Assembly: GCA_000708835.1 (NCBI GenBank) | Contig: DF237191.1 | Coordinates: 1-64,000 of the forward strand | DNA: 64,000 nt | Source of the DNA: Klebsormidium nitens | Taxonomy: Eukaryota; Plantae; Klebsormidiophyceae | Reading direction: 5' to 3' | In this document: positions 44,401 through 57,154 of the stretch, one piece after another | How the letters are laid out: each line of letters opens with the position of its first letter | How positions within the stretch are numbered: position 1 is the first letter of the stretch | Translations under genes and position numbers: made by a program | The notes under the pieces: model-generated | Seen by the model: only the letters and a program-made list of their open reading frames with translations | The model's database searches: none | Told to the model about the DNA's origin: nothing

Positions 44401-47400
44401 TCCGATTTGCCGCTCTCGGAGCTTTTCTTGAGCTCGACCGGCGTTCCGCTCGGGCTCTGGGCGTATTCCGGTGACTGCGAGCTGGTCCTCTCGACCTTGG
44501 CCCCGATCGTGAACAGCTTCACCGGTTCGATGCACGTGTGCATCTTGTGGTAAGGAACGTCGGGCGAGACCTTCGGTGGACTGCCGCCGCGTGGCGCTCC
44601 GCGGCTGGACGGGCTGCTGACACGTGGCGTCGCGCGACCTGGTGGGCTGCTGACAGGTGGCGTCCCGCGAGGGGGCGGGCTGCTGAATCTTGGCGTTCCG
44701 TTGCGAGTCCTAGGTAGAGAGGTAGCTTCCGGCGGTATTCCGGACCCGGTTCTACTGGGTGGGCTCCCGAACCGTCCGGAATTTGGGGCGGCCGCATAGT
44801 GCACGTTGGCGTGCTTTGAGTCGCCCACATCAGCGCACCTGGGCGACCCGCTGGGGGGTACCCAGGCAGGCTTTGGCAGCCCCCCCTTTCGAGGACTGAC
44901 GGACGCAGCTCTTCCGCTATCAGTCCTCAGCAGCTCCCGGAACTGCTTTTCCGCCGGAGCGCCGCTCTTCTTAGCGGCGAGGTCGGGGCGACTGACGTAG
45001 CCCAGTGGCGGGCTAAGCTGTCGCCGATCGCGCTGCTGTTCCCGTTCCGTTCCGGTGACGAGTTCGTTAAACTTGGACTGCCGGAAGTGCATCGATTCGC
45101 CCAGGCGCTCCTCGAGACTGATCCCGTTTTCGTCAGCCCAGGAGACTTTCCGCATCTGATTGTCGAAGTCGTCCTCAGCATCGTTTCCCGCCTCACTGTC
45201 GCCCTTTTCGGAACTCCCTTCTGAACTACACTCGGACGCGTCTCTATCTGGACTGGATCTCAGACCTGTTTGTTTCACCGGGAGCGGCTCGTCAAAAAGA
45301 ACACCAGAAAAGGCGTCCGGTTCGGTCCTCCGACTCGGCGTGTCCTTGCGGAAGAGACTCGCCATCTTGGCCGCAAAGCTCGCCGCCGGCAGCCGTTCCG
45401 CTCCGACCGTTCCGCTCCGCTCTTCGTTTGTTTCCACGTCAGCCGAACCATCGGAACCCTGCGCCACGTCCGCGATCTCCTCTGTTTCGTCGGCGCCTTC
45501 CGCCACTCCCGCATGGTCCGCCCGTCCCTTCTTTTCCGCCCGTTCCGTCCGTTCCGCCCGGCTTTCGGACAGAACCCTGTCCGTGAACGCCGCCCACTCT
45601 GCGTCGAGCTCTTGCTGGCGACTGAAGCCCTCACGGGCGACGTGCTTCCCTGGGCTGCTTGGAGCGGAACTCGACGCCCTCGGGCGGACGGAATCTCTCA
45701 CAGGCGACGTCAGGTCCAGGAAAAGTGACGGCTTTTTACTTGGGCTCCTTGCGTCATGCTCAGCGTTCGCGGAAGTCTGCATTTGCAAAGGTGGGTGGTT
45801 GAGTAGAGAATATTTTCAACGGTTCGAGGCTCTTTCGAAGCCCAGAGGAGAGAATTCCAAAGGTTACAATCTGAGAACAAACTATCTGTCTTTGGCACAC
45901 CTCTTAGAGTCCGAGTTGTCCCATGTCTATCTTGGAATAAGGCCACCAAGCAAAACTTTCGAAAGCACTCAATCAGCTTCCGCAAGCCGGGAAACAGGCT
46001 GATCAGATGTCGTGAACATTCTCCAAACTGCTGAATTCGTGCATGAGGTTGACCGGCAGAGCCGTGAAGATTGGCTCCAAATAGGCCACAGAACAAGGGG
46101 ACATACGAGCCAATATCGCTACGGAGGACCAGGAGACAAAATGGCAGAAAAGACCGTGGAACATAGTCGTTGAGCTCTGCTTTCAGAGCAAGCCCTTTCT
46201 CCTAGAAGTTGCTTGAGGAGTGAAGGGGGTATCTCGCACCTTTACCGCGTCTGCGTCAGCCGCCGTTCCTCTGTCCGTCGGCACCCCGCCCTGCGCAGTT
46301 TTCTCGCCGCCAACCGCACTGACGTCAGCAGTCCCGAGCGCTTGTTCAGGGTAGTAGAGACTGCCCGCACTGCCGCGCTTTCCGCGGCGGCCTGCCAGCG
46401 CAAGCCTCAGCTTCTCGCTGACCTCATCAGCGCAGCTCGGTGACGTCACCAGACCGGTCGGCCTGGCGCCTTCGGCGCCCGGTTCAACCTTGTTCCCGGA
46501 ACTGACGGAGCGTTGCTCATTTTCCGGCGGAATGTGACACGTGTCATCCAGATCGTCTTCGGGCCAAGAGACAACCTCGACGCTCTCTTGACTGACGTTC
46601 CGAATCACTTTGTTCTCTTCCGAATAGCTGCCCGTTCCCTTTGCTTCACCCAAAGATCCGCACTCTTTACTTTGCCCGTCTGCTTCTTCTTTACCCTTTT
46701 CCCTCCCCTCTGAACCGCTCAAAGGCGCACTTTCGCCGCCACTTTCACCAACCTTTCCACTCATCTCTCGGCCTCCTTCCTTCGACTTTCGTTTCTTCTT
46801 TCCGCTTTTGCCGCTCTTCTTTCTCTTCCCCTCTTTCCCGACGGACTCAGAGCCTGACAACCCACTTTCTTCGCGCGCGAACAATGTCCCGGTCGCCATA
46901 TCAGCAGTCCCAAAGTGTACCATCTCTTTTTGACCGACCTCAGGCTCGCCCTCAGCCGTTGTTTCAAAGTGCTTCTGATCCTCTTCCAGCCCTTCTTCCT
47001 CGCCAGTCGTCCGGATCTTTTTGCCATTCTTTTTCCTGGGCTTTCTGGGAAACTCACTCGCGTCCTTCGCTACAGTCGCATCTCCTTCTCCCTTCGCTGT
47101 CGCATCGTCCACCTTCTCTTCCTCAGCACACGGCGATCCGGCGGATCCGCTCTCCTGACCAGCGGATTCCGCGGGCGCTCTCTCGTCTGGCACAGACTCA
47201 GCGTTCGACCCTTCCGCCTCGCTCCGTTCCCGGTGTTTCTTGCCTTTCTTCTTCTTATCCTTCTTCGGAGTCTCAGCCCCGCCCTCTGGAGCCGCTTTCT
47301 CAACATTCGATGACTCCGCGCCGACGCTAAGCCCGCCTGATCCTTTCTTTGGCCGCAAATCCGCCACACCGTCAGTCGGCTGGTTCCCAAGAGCTAGTGA

Positions 47401-50400
47401 CGCTTTCTCTTCCGTCTCTTCCTCCGCTACAGGTTCAGCCGTCGAGACAGTTGCCTCTTCCAACTGCGCAACCGCCCCCGCCTGCCGGTGTGTCTTGCGG
47501 CCCTTTTTTATTTTTCTCGCCTTTGCTTTTCCTGAGGCCGTATTACCAGTCCCAGTACTCTCCTCAGCTTGCACAGCCTCCGCCCCAGCTCCGGATTCCG
47601 CTGCATCCTCGTCCGCGCACAGCTTTCCGCCGCCCTGATGCGCGGAACCCGCGGACGTCTCCCGGACAGCCCTCTCCCGACCCGTCTCCCCGCCTCGTTC
47701 CAGCGAAGCATCCTCTTTTCCGACCACTCGCTGAGAGGCTTCAAAACCTTCGCCGGGAGCCGGTACTTGCTTGGGACCCTGCACGTCCGCATCCGGCTCT
47801 TTACTAACCACCCTTTCTCCATCGCCAGCCGTCACCTCCCGGTTCTTCTTCCCGGTCACCTTCTTTGGGTTCTTTCTGACCAATGATTCCTCGCCCGGCC
47901 CCGGTCGCACTGCCGTGGGCTCGCCTCTGTCTTGCTTGTTCAGCAAAGCTGCCGCCGGGTTTGTGGTGCTACTGTCTAGTACGCCGACTTTCTCAGCGTT
48001 CTGTGGCGCCGCCGCTCGCACCGACCTTTCCGAGATCCCAGGATTGGCGGCTCTGACAAAACCCAGTGAAGCCTCGTTCACTGTTCGTGCCGCGTCATTG
48101 CTGCCGTCCGCCTCTCCGCACGAGTCGCGTCTTTGGACCGGAGCCAATGGCCTCAATTCTTCGTTCACCCCGGCAGCTGCACTCCATTCGCCTCTCCCTT
48201 CTCCCGCTGATCGTGTTGCCGCAGCCGTTGGGGTAATGCCATCTTGCACAATCTGCCCGTTTTCCTCAGCTTTCGTCTCAAGCTGGGCTTGTTCCGCAGG
48301 TTTGGTCTCCGCAGATAACATGACCGTGTTTGCATCATCGTTCGTCCCACTGCTTCCGGTTACCTCAACACTACCTTTCATTGCCGCTGCGCTCGCGTTC
48401 CCAGATTCGCTGGCCAACCCCGCTCCGGTCAGCGCATCCTTGCCTAGCAGCAACTCCGTTTCACCTGTCTCGTTCATCACCGCAGGCTCTTCCCTTTCTT
48501 CGACCTCCCGCAACTCGGATCTGAGACTCAGGTCCGTGTTGTCCTCTTCCACCAACGGCTGCTCAGGGATGTCGGGGCGGCTCGCACTTTGCTCGTCCCC
48601 AATCACGTCATCCTGACGCACGACATCCTCCAACCCTTGTTCCCTTTCTTGGGCTTTCTCTTTTTCCAGTCCCGCAGTGATGCCTTGTTCCATACCCCAC
48701 CCGTCAGGTCCTTTCTCACCCTCCTTCCTGATGCCGTGCTCCAGGCTGGGTTTGCCACCCAGCTCTTGAGCTTTCTCCGTTCCCAACGCGACTGCCTCCC
48801 CGCTCGCTTCACCTTCTTCCAGGGTCCCAACCTCCCCTAGATCTGCATTCTCCTGTTTGTCCAACTGCTCACTTGGCCGTTTCTCAACCAAGCCCTCAAG
48901 CATCTTCGTCGCTGCGTCTTCGCTCCCCTCCTCGACAACGCTTTGGTCTGCCTCCGTTTCTATTTCATTTTCCCCACTTGCAACCTCCTCCAGCTGCTTC
49001 GCCTGCGCTCCGTCCTCCTCAACCGCAACGAGCCTGCCCGCCTCGCTTGGCAGACCGCACGCACCTTCCTCGCCCTTTGAGATGCTCTGCTCTTCAGAGC
49101 CGAGCACGTCATATTGCCGGCCCATGGCGCTATCCGAAGTGGACCGAGAATCCACTGCAAATGCACTCATCTCAGTCTCAAACTCCTTACCGTTTTCGCT
49201 AGTAGGGCCCACACTCAGCGTCGCTTGCGCGATTCCTTCAATCACCTGACCGGCTGCGCTTTCCGGAATCCCCTCTTCCTGGCCGCGTTGCTCCTCGTCA
49301 ATGTCCTCCCTCAGGCTACCTTCTTGAGAGCTCCGTTCTTCCCCGTCACCACCGGTCACCGCAACGTCACCTTCCTTGGCGCCCTTGTTGACGTCAGCAG
49401 CCCCTTCCGCCATTTCAGCTTCCTTCTCCTGCTCCAATTCCTCAGCATTGTGAGCCAGAGCGGGTGTTGCGACAGCAACAGTGGTGGGAATTGGTTCCAC
49501 ATCGACCACACGGGACACGATGCCGACTGGCGACATTGCTCCTTGAGTCCCCGGTACGACCGCGTTCACACTCTCGGCAAAGGCTCTCAGCTCAACGTCC
49601 CCCTCAAGGGAGTTCCGCAAGCTGCTCTCAGAGTCACCAATAACCACTTCTCCATCTGAAGACCTGTCCGTAGAATATCGCTGCTCAGGGGGGGAACCGA
49701 AGTCTGTCTCCCGCTGCCCCAACGCCACCCCCCCATTTCGGCTCCCCTCTGAAAAGTTGCTGCGGTTGGATTTAGGCAACTCTTGGGGTGTGTTGAGCCG
49801 GCTCCGCTTCTCGCTTTCGTCCCCCTCCGACACGCGCTCCAGGCTGTCCGACTTCCCCCTCCCCCCCACCTCCTCACTGGAGGCGGACCCCCCCGAAACG
49901 ACAGACTCCTCTTCCGCAGTCAGCGCCCTGCTGAAGCTGCTCTGCCGGCGGCTGCCAGTCTTCGATGGCCCCCCAGTGGATTCCCCCGGTTGGTTAGCAA
50001 GCTCCCGGGCCTTCAGAGACAGGGATCGGGCGAGCAACCGGGGAGTCAGGTGGTCCCCGGCAGAAGTTTGGCTGGAGCCGAAGCTGGAGCTGCGGCGCGA
50101 GGACCAGTCGGAGGAACTAGAGGTGGGGCGGGGGGTGCGCCGGGCGGACTGGGGCAGCGCCATGGTGAGAGCCTGCAGCAAGGGCTGTGGAATTTTGTTG
50201 GTATGATATATGCCATCACTTGGAATGTTTGAGCAAAACGTTGCTGTCTAGGTCGTCAGTGGAGAGAGAGGTTAAGTAGCTTCTCAAATCGGTCAATTAA
50301 CATGTTTATATGTCTCTCGACACGCCGTCCTTTTAATCAGCAAGCTTTTATGGTCCGGAGAGCACTTTTATAATCCTGTACGGACATGGTCGACAAGACT

Positions 50401-51459
50401 CACGACCTCGTTCAGCAGAGGTACCGTCAGAAACAATTTTCTGATCCCTCGCGCACTCAGCCCGTTACTCTTTGATAGCCTTGCTAGGGTGTTCTTGGGA
50501 GAACGAAAGCACTCTGGATGCCATGTGATGTATGTTGCAGAAGTCGACCGACTCTAACCAGCAGTCGTTTCAGTAACTTGCTGCCATCTATGTTGTCTGA
50601 GCTTTAAAAGTTAGCAAAAAACAGATCCTGTCTTGCTATAGTCTTTCAAAGCATTTTTCTGACTCTTGTATCAAAGTAACTTTAGGCATCGGATGCATTT
50701 TCTTGTCAGGGCTGTCTCCTTCATATTCAGATTCAGCTGATCGAACCAGGCACACAAGCACCGAGTTTTTCAAAGAGCGTAGCAGGTTATAAACCTTACA
50801 TAGCAAACTTCTTTCCTATTTATTTGTCCAGACTAGAGAGCTGGACAAGAAACCCTTAGACAGGCACTCCGAATGCTTCCGACGAGAATGCAACACTGAG
50901 TGCAAGGTATTTAGTTTTATGATGGACAATGAAACGGCTCTGCATTGAAGATGCGTTTTCTGATCTCCAATTTGCGTCATAATTAATGAACAGCGCAGAT
51001 CCATACCTGCTGCACTGTAAGCAGATCCTCCGGCCTCGTAATCTCCGGATTCTTATTTGCAGGCTTCTCCGACCCCTCCTGCAACCTCCGCTTAAAGCTT
51101 GAGAAAGTAGGCGCCGCATAGCCGTCCTTTCTCAGGGGGCTCCCTGAGTCTTCCAACGCATCAGTCTCCCAACCCTCCATCTTGAGGACTGCAGGAGGAA
51201 GCTCAGTGCTTGGCAAGTCTGCAACGTCGTCAACCGGATTGGCCCTGTTCAAACTGGAAGATCTGGACAGCTGCTTTTTTGGTGATGAGTTGGTTCTCTG
51301 CAGGCTGGCAAATGTTGGCGCAGCAAACCCGGAGAACTTCTGCATGGGGCTGCCAGAGTCCTCCAGGGCGTCCCCTTCCGAGCCCCCCGTGTGCAGGACT
51401 CTGAGAGGGGACGCCATCTGATTGCCAGGCGTAATTACATCCATAGATGCAGGGTTCAT
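38414..51459 (-). CDS. Giant protein (~2,630 aa): ~2,100-aa disordered N-terminal region, then a helical BAR-like region, a PH domain and a short coiled tail
   Basis: Exons (minus): 51459-51007, 50172-46240, 45776-43815, 43431-43226, 42857-42743, 42425-42312, 41869-41753, 41485-41379, 40950-40797, 40579-40307, 39740-39606, 39118-38885, 38512-38414 (TAA); total 7902 nt, phases consistent. PH domain: FQGPLKRKIGWNGKWVPSHAVLTSAGNLHFF...EILLRAPSERERARWGAAFRE. It is not proven that all exons form one transcript. Confidence 0.78.
44575..44710 (-). repeat. Coding 33-bp (11-aa) Ser/Pro tandem repeat, about 4 copies
   Basis: Plus-strand gggctgctga at 44611, 44644, 44677. Protein: TPRFSSPPPRG-TPPVSSPPGRA-TPRVSSPSSRG-APRGGSPP. 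Confidence 0.82.
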
Positions 51460-51776
51460 CTCCCAGCTGGTTGCTCTGCAGTTACATTGGATCTCCCCAT
51501 TGTTGATGCATCAAGCCAATCGACTCTTGGCATTGCCCGCTGAGTCAGACATCTGCAGTACTACATTCTCAACTTGCTGCGATAAATTGCCCTTCCCGAA
51601 GCTGCGATCCCAACATATTCTGTGTCCTGTGTCCTGAGTCCTGTGCCAGTCCTGTGCAAAGATCTCCGTAGCGCAGATGCGACCTCATCCCCACCTCATC
51701 GCATAAAGTGGAGCCACGCCGGCCGGTGCTCTTCTGTGCTGCATGTGATCCAGCACTTTTATAATGCAGACTCGGG

Positions 51777-51788
51777 CACGTGCACGTG
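51777..51788. promoter_or_regulatory. Tandem G-box (CACGTGCACGTG) in a divergent promoter region
   Basis: Two abutting CACGTG hexamers about 320 nt upstream of the BAR-PH gene ATG and about 750 nt upstream of the CINP-like ATG. Confidence 0.4.
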
Positions 51789-52540
51789 ATGGTGCTTCCG
51801 GCAGGCTGAGTCAGCCAATTGAACTACTGTAGCTTGACGTGCAGTTCAGGACTCTGCTGAAGTCTATCTAGACACAAAATTTGTAAGTAAAGGCTGGCTA
51901 AGGAGTCGAAGGTCCAGAGATCAAGAAGACAAGGTCACAACAGAACTTGGCCAGCCCTGCGTTCCAATGTCGATGCCCATTCTTACATAATACGAGTAGG
52001 TACTTATGCCAGCATTCTCTTTCCGTGAGGCACACGGTATGTCGGAAACATGACTGCCGCCCAACTGAATCAACCTTTGCTGGCGCGCGCACTTTCCGTT
52101 CAGCGGGTCAAAATAGAAATGTACCCGGTAGGTACCGGGTTCTAAGTAAGTAGCCCCTATAGTTCAGTAGCCCTGGCGAAACCCACCTCTAAACCCCCAA
52201 CCAACCCTACAGTCCGGACTCCGAATGCTGCGAATGAATGATGCGAACGCCCCGTCTATTTTAACCGCTGCTCCAATCTGTACGGTTACTACTAACTTTC
52301 AGTGGTTACGTCAGATTGCAAATACCGTAGCCTGTAGGTACCGGTGATGTGATGCTGACGTCTGATTTCAAAATTGCTAGCGCACATGAGACTCAATATT
52401 CACGATGTGGTGGACAAGTGCAAACCTCCATCTGCCAGCACCTTAGTGGCTTCAGCTGGAGCTGGCAGCACTTTGTGGGAGTTTTGGATTTTCATGGCGC
52501 GATTTTAATTACTGATCAGCATCACGGCATCCACTCAAGG

Positions 52541-55500
52541 ATGGACCCAGCAGGACTCGGGCGGCTGTGGAGGCCCGCAGCCCAAAGGCGAGTGCGGACG
52601 GCGTTTTCGTCCATCGCCAGCGCTCGCGCTGATTGGGCCAAGGCCTCTTCTCGGGGGCTTGCAGCGGCCACAGCTCTAGTGAATGCTCACATCACAAAAG
52701 GGTGAGTGTAAGGATCATTTCTGCCGTATGTTGTTGGGAGCTATGGTGGTGGTAAATTTGTGTAAAGTGAGAATGAAGCATGTAGGCCAGCAAACGGGCA
52801 GTAAAACAGGCGGACGAACCACCGGAGTCCTTGCTCACGTGAATCTAACAATCTAGGATACGGGCCTGCTAAGTAGATTCAGCGGAGATGGAAGCAAGGA
52901 GGTACAGCATTGAATTGAGGAAGGTTCAGAACGGATCTCAAGGTTTGCTCCAACACCAGGCAGCTCTGTTGGCTTCAGAATGCAGTGCTTGCATTTTCCG
53001 ATTCTTTCTGGCTACTTCCGAGTTTACAGAGAAAAGAACTGGTCAATGCAGCAGTTTTGCGCTCATGTGATGGGTGGTTCAAAGAGGTCAGTTGAAAAGT
53101 TTGGAGCTATGTATGCTACTTAAAGTGGGCGTATCACTGGGGCGGTCAAAGACGTTGTCACCGGCCACCGTTTAGCAGCGTTTCACGCTTGGGAACAGAT
53201 ACTGAGACACCTAAGTTCCGGCGACAGAAAGTTGAGGGGCTCGTTGTGCTGTCACTCCGGATGTGAATGAGAAGGGTGTCTGTACAACCTTTCTAAGTCA
53301 ATTTGCAAAACTGCTTACTGAAAGATCCTAACTGGTTGTTTTTCTTTCCTGCAGGTTCATCGGTGGCATGGATATTGGCATTCTGGCTGACCTGAAGGGC
53401 ATCAAGGACTCAGCAAAGATGAAATTGAGGCAGCGACAGGTGGGGCAAAAGACTTGGTCTTTCAGATATTCATTGCCTGTGAAAGAATCAAACTTGAGAC
53501 TAATCTCGTGTCCTAAGTGAGGAGTTACAGCCACAGCATGCTGCGAAGAACTAGAAAGAAGAGGCCCTTTCACCACCTCCACAACCATGCTTGGAAGCTT
53601 CCAAGACGTTCACAGGCACTTGCTGTCTTAGATTTACATGCCTTTGCTCAGGTTCCTTCCACGTGAGAAGTTTCTTACGGGAGAAAGCTCCAATCTGTGC
53701 AAGTCACACCACTCTCTAACATGGTTTGAAGGGGCCACTGCAGATTTGAACGCGCTCCCTTTTTCTCCTTCTAAGGGAATGTGCATCAAAATGGTTGGCC
53801 ACTGAGTCCCCTTTAAGACTTGTCCCGCTTGCAACTCTACTGCCTTTCATGCACAACTGATCTCCCCTTGCATTCTGGTTTGAACCTTTTGTTCAAGTAT
53901 CCTAATGTGGCCCCCATTTCGCGTAATTTTTCTGACTGCAGGAGAAACATCTCGCGAATGTTGTGGAAGCTTATGAGGAGCTGGTAAGTAGGGCCTTTTT
54001 GAGTGCCTTGTCCTGTCAAAAGTGAATTTCAGACGTGGACATTACTTACAGGCCCACTGTTGTTTGAATCAAGGACGAAGTAGTGTGTTCCTTCTCAGGC
54101 AGGGCCTTTCAAAAGATGGACACCGTCTTGCCACCTAGAGGGAATGCTCTTCCTGTCTGTTTTAGGTCGTCCTTGGGGCCGCAAGGAAAGGCTGTTGAGT
54201 GACAAACCAGGGGCCGCGACTTTGGGGATACAAACAGAGGAGTGGTTAAAGCCAGATTTTATCAACCTTTGGATTGGCTGCTTTGATATTGAATACATTG
54301 AGGAACTCTGGCTGCAAGACATGTTCGAGTGAAACAGCTTCTCACCAAGACATTCCCATGCTCGCCTCAAGAAAGGGCCCCAAACAGGATCCATTTCACT
54401 ATCTATGACTGCCAATATCTGTTATTCCTGTTTATCTGCAGGTCAGAACGCTGTCACAGATGGAGGAAGCTGCGAGCTCGATGCGCACCTACTTGGTAGC
54501 TCCTAATGGGAGTCCAATTGTGCGGGTGGCAAATGCGGAAGAGAGCAAGCTGGCGGAAGCTGCAGGGGACAACGGGTTAGGCCAAGGGGTTCCGGTTTAC
54601 GCCTGCTTATCGCTAAAAACTCTAGGTACGGTGCGTCCTTTAGAACGGGTCTTGCTCAAACGCTTCCCTGCTTATCGGATGCACACAAGGTTCGATCAGG
54701 TTTTCACCAAGCTATTTCTGTGCCCTTGCGAACATGACAGGGTAGAAAGCTCGTCTTAAATATCTGACGGGCCTGGCAGGTCTGGGGCACCGAATGGCGG
54801 AAGAATCATTCTGTCGCTCGATGATGTGTGTCAAGGCGGGGCTCCACTGGTCCCTATGGCTTTGCCGAGGCCTACTGTCGTTCCGCCTTTACCTCCTCAA
54901 AACCGATCCACGTGTCCGTTAGTTTGACAGAATCGAGCGTTTTTTTTCTTTCTCATCTTGTATCAACAGAAAGGTGCAGAGGAGTCGTCTATCCGTTTAT
55001 CTCCCTACGTCCCCCTCGAGAGAGTTCTACGGTCATAATTTACGAACTTTCATTTCTAGATATGTTGGATGTCAAAACCCCATTGCCGCTCGGCGTCTTG
55101 AATACTAGCCTCTCTTTTTGATGTTCCGCTCGTCATCCTGAAGCCCGTCATCTTGCTGCAGAATCGCTGGCAATGGAGATGGTGGAGTTCTATAAGCAGG
55201 AGCTGCACGTTAAGGTAAGCACCCTGCAATCCGCTACGATCAGCTGCTGGATTTGGCTTCTTGAAACCGTGTGCGGATGAGGCCTCGAAAACAAGTCTGC
55301 TTTGAGACTTTCATTTGCACACTGTCCTCTGGTGTGCAGTCCTGCGATGCCCACTCATGATTGTTGAGCTGGTCAAGGGGTCAGAAAATTTTGACAGATC
55401 TCCGCCTCATGTTCTCAGTTGTAATGATTGTTCAAGTTCATAAGCGAACTTCCGACCGAAGACTGACTCGATCTGACAATGACCACGCGTATTGGGAGCC

Positions 55501-57154
55501 AAGTTTGAATAAGATTCACTGCCGTCGATATTTCGTCCAGCAAACAATTCTTAAAGAAGACTTCAATAGCCCGCGTCAAATCTGGAGCATAGAGTGAGCA
55601 GCAATCAGAGAAGGCAGACTTCGGCTTGCTCTACATAGGAGGGCCTAATATTTGAGATTCTCGTCCGACGGATCCCAGAGTTCGAAGGAAGAGGAACGTG
55701 GCACGAGCCAATGAAGCGGTTTTCAAAGCGTCACCAGATGTAGCTAGAGTCACTGCGGAGCAAACGACACACTTTGTTGTCTCTTCGAAGGATCTTTTTA
55801 AGTACGAGCTCAAAAAGCACCACCGAAAGCACGAGCATAGACGGCGGCCCTGGCCGCACCTAGCATTCGCAAGTGCCTCACATCAAGCAACATCTGACAG
55901 TTCATGGACGTTCTGACCGGTTGCATTTGAACAAACTGCGCAGTTCTTGTTGACGTCGGAATTCCAGGCCCTGGTTCATGGAACCCCGGAATCGTCCAGC
56001 GATGAAGACTCCGCCGGCGTAGCTCGAGCAAGTGGACGAGCCGTCTCGGAGACTACGCTCCAGGTAGGTTAAGCGGTCGCTGTTGTTGAATCACTAATCT
56101 TCCCGCCGTCCAAGTTCCTCCTTCTGGGGCCAATCTTTCCTAAGCTCTTGTGCAGAGGCGTGAAGTTTTGAGTAGAACGGCTCTGAGAAGGATCTGCAAG
56201 GAGTCCTTGAAAGCGGTGGGCGCAACAAACCTGCGGTTTCGAAAGCAGTCAGCAGGGGGTGCTTCGTTAGGTCCTCCAGCCAGCAGTTTCTTCGTGGATT
56301 ATCAGGTCGCTCATCCGTCCCTCCTCGCAACCCCCTTCTCCAATGAAGTGCTGTCTCGTTTCGGTACCTTCTTTTGGGAGGTACAACATTATGACTATTT
56401 TTCGTATGTCTTAGCAAACTGACATTGTACACATGATAGCGAACCTCTCTCGTATGCACTAAAGGAAGAGAGGATAAAGCGGCACTTATCCCGCCTCAGT
56501 TGGGTCGCCGTGAAGAACTGTAACGGCTTTGGTCGCGGGAGACGTGGTCGCTATCGTAAAGAGCGAAGCGACATGCCGTCTGTTTGCTCCGCACCTAACG
56601 GCAGCCTTCACTCGCCTAGAAGGCTGGCATCAAGCTGAGACCGAAGGCATTAGAGTTTCTATAGGTGGACCTTCGTTTCTTGGACCAGTGCAATTTGAAT
56701 CATTGTGGTATGCATTCTGCAGGGAAGGTACCGTCGAACGGGGCGAATAATCCCGCCAAAAAGGGTCAACGCGTCAAAAAACACTCCTCGCTCTTCTTGC
56801 CAGGTGTACCTAACGGCATGGCTTGGGGAGGCCCTGCTCGACAAATCAAGGTGATCCATCACGCGCAAAACTGTCCTTTTTCCACAGTATGGCAAAGGGG
56901 ATTTAGCCCGATCATTGTCCGGGCATCGGCTGATCGCAACGCCTCGACCTTTGAAAATAAATGCGCTGATGAGAATGTCGGTCTCTCTTATTCTGCAATC
57001 ATATGGCAGTCGGGCAGTCTTGCACATGGATAATCTGCACGTTTGAAGCGTGAGCTATGTAGGTTTCTGTTCGTTGAAGGAGGAACGGGCTCTCGCACTG
57101 TGCAGGCTGGACGAGATCGTCGGCATCATGTCTGAGGAGATGCAGGCGGCCTAA
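52541..57154 (+). CDS. CINP-like protein (CDK2-interacting protein family), 246 aa, 8 exons
   Basis: Exons: 52541-52701, 53355-53439, 53942-53983, 54442-54625, 55162-55214, 55944-56063, 56804-56850, 57106-57154 (TAA); total 741 nt. From memory of human CINP: RRVRTAF..ARADW ~ RKIKDNAADW; VPVYACLSLKTLESLAMEMVEFYKQELHVK ~ PPLFHTWPTTHFYEVSHKLLEMYRKELLLK; VYLTAWLGEALLD ~ SYLSMWLHQPYVE. The gene model is firmer than the family call. Confidence 0.68.

Noticed and set aside
45160-50232. Many long plus-strand ORFs antisense to the giant exons (also 27642-30743)
   Set aside because: They are expected shadow ORFs of GC-rich, low-complexity coding sequence, with no independent motifs or splice structure.
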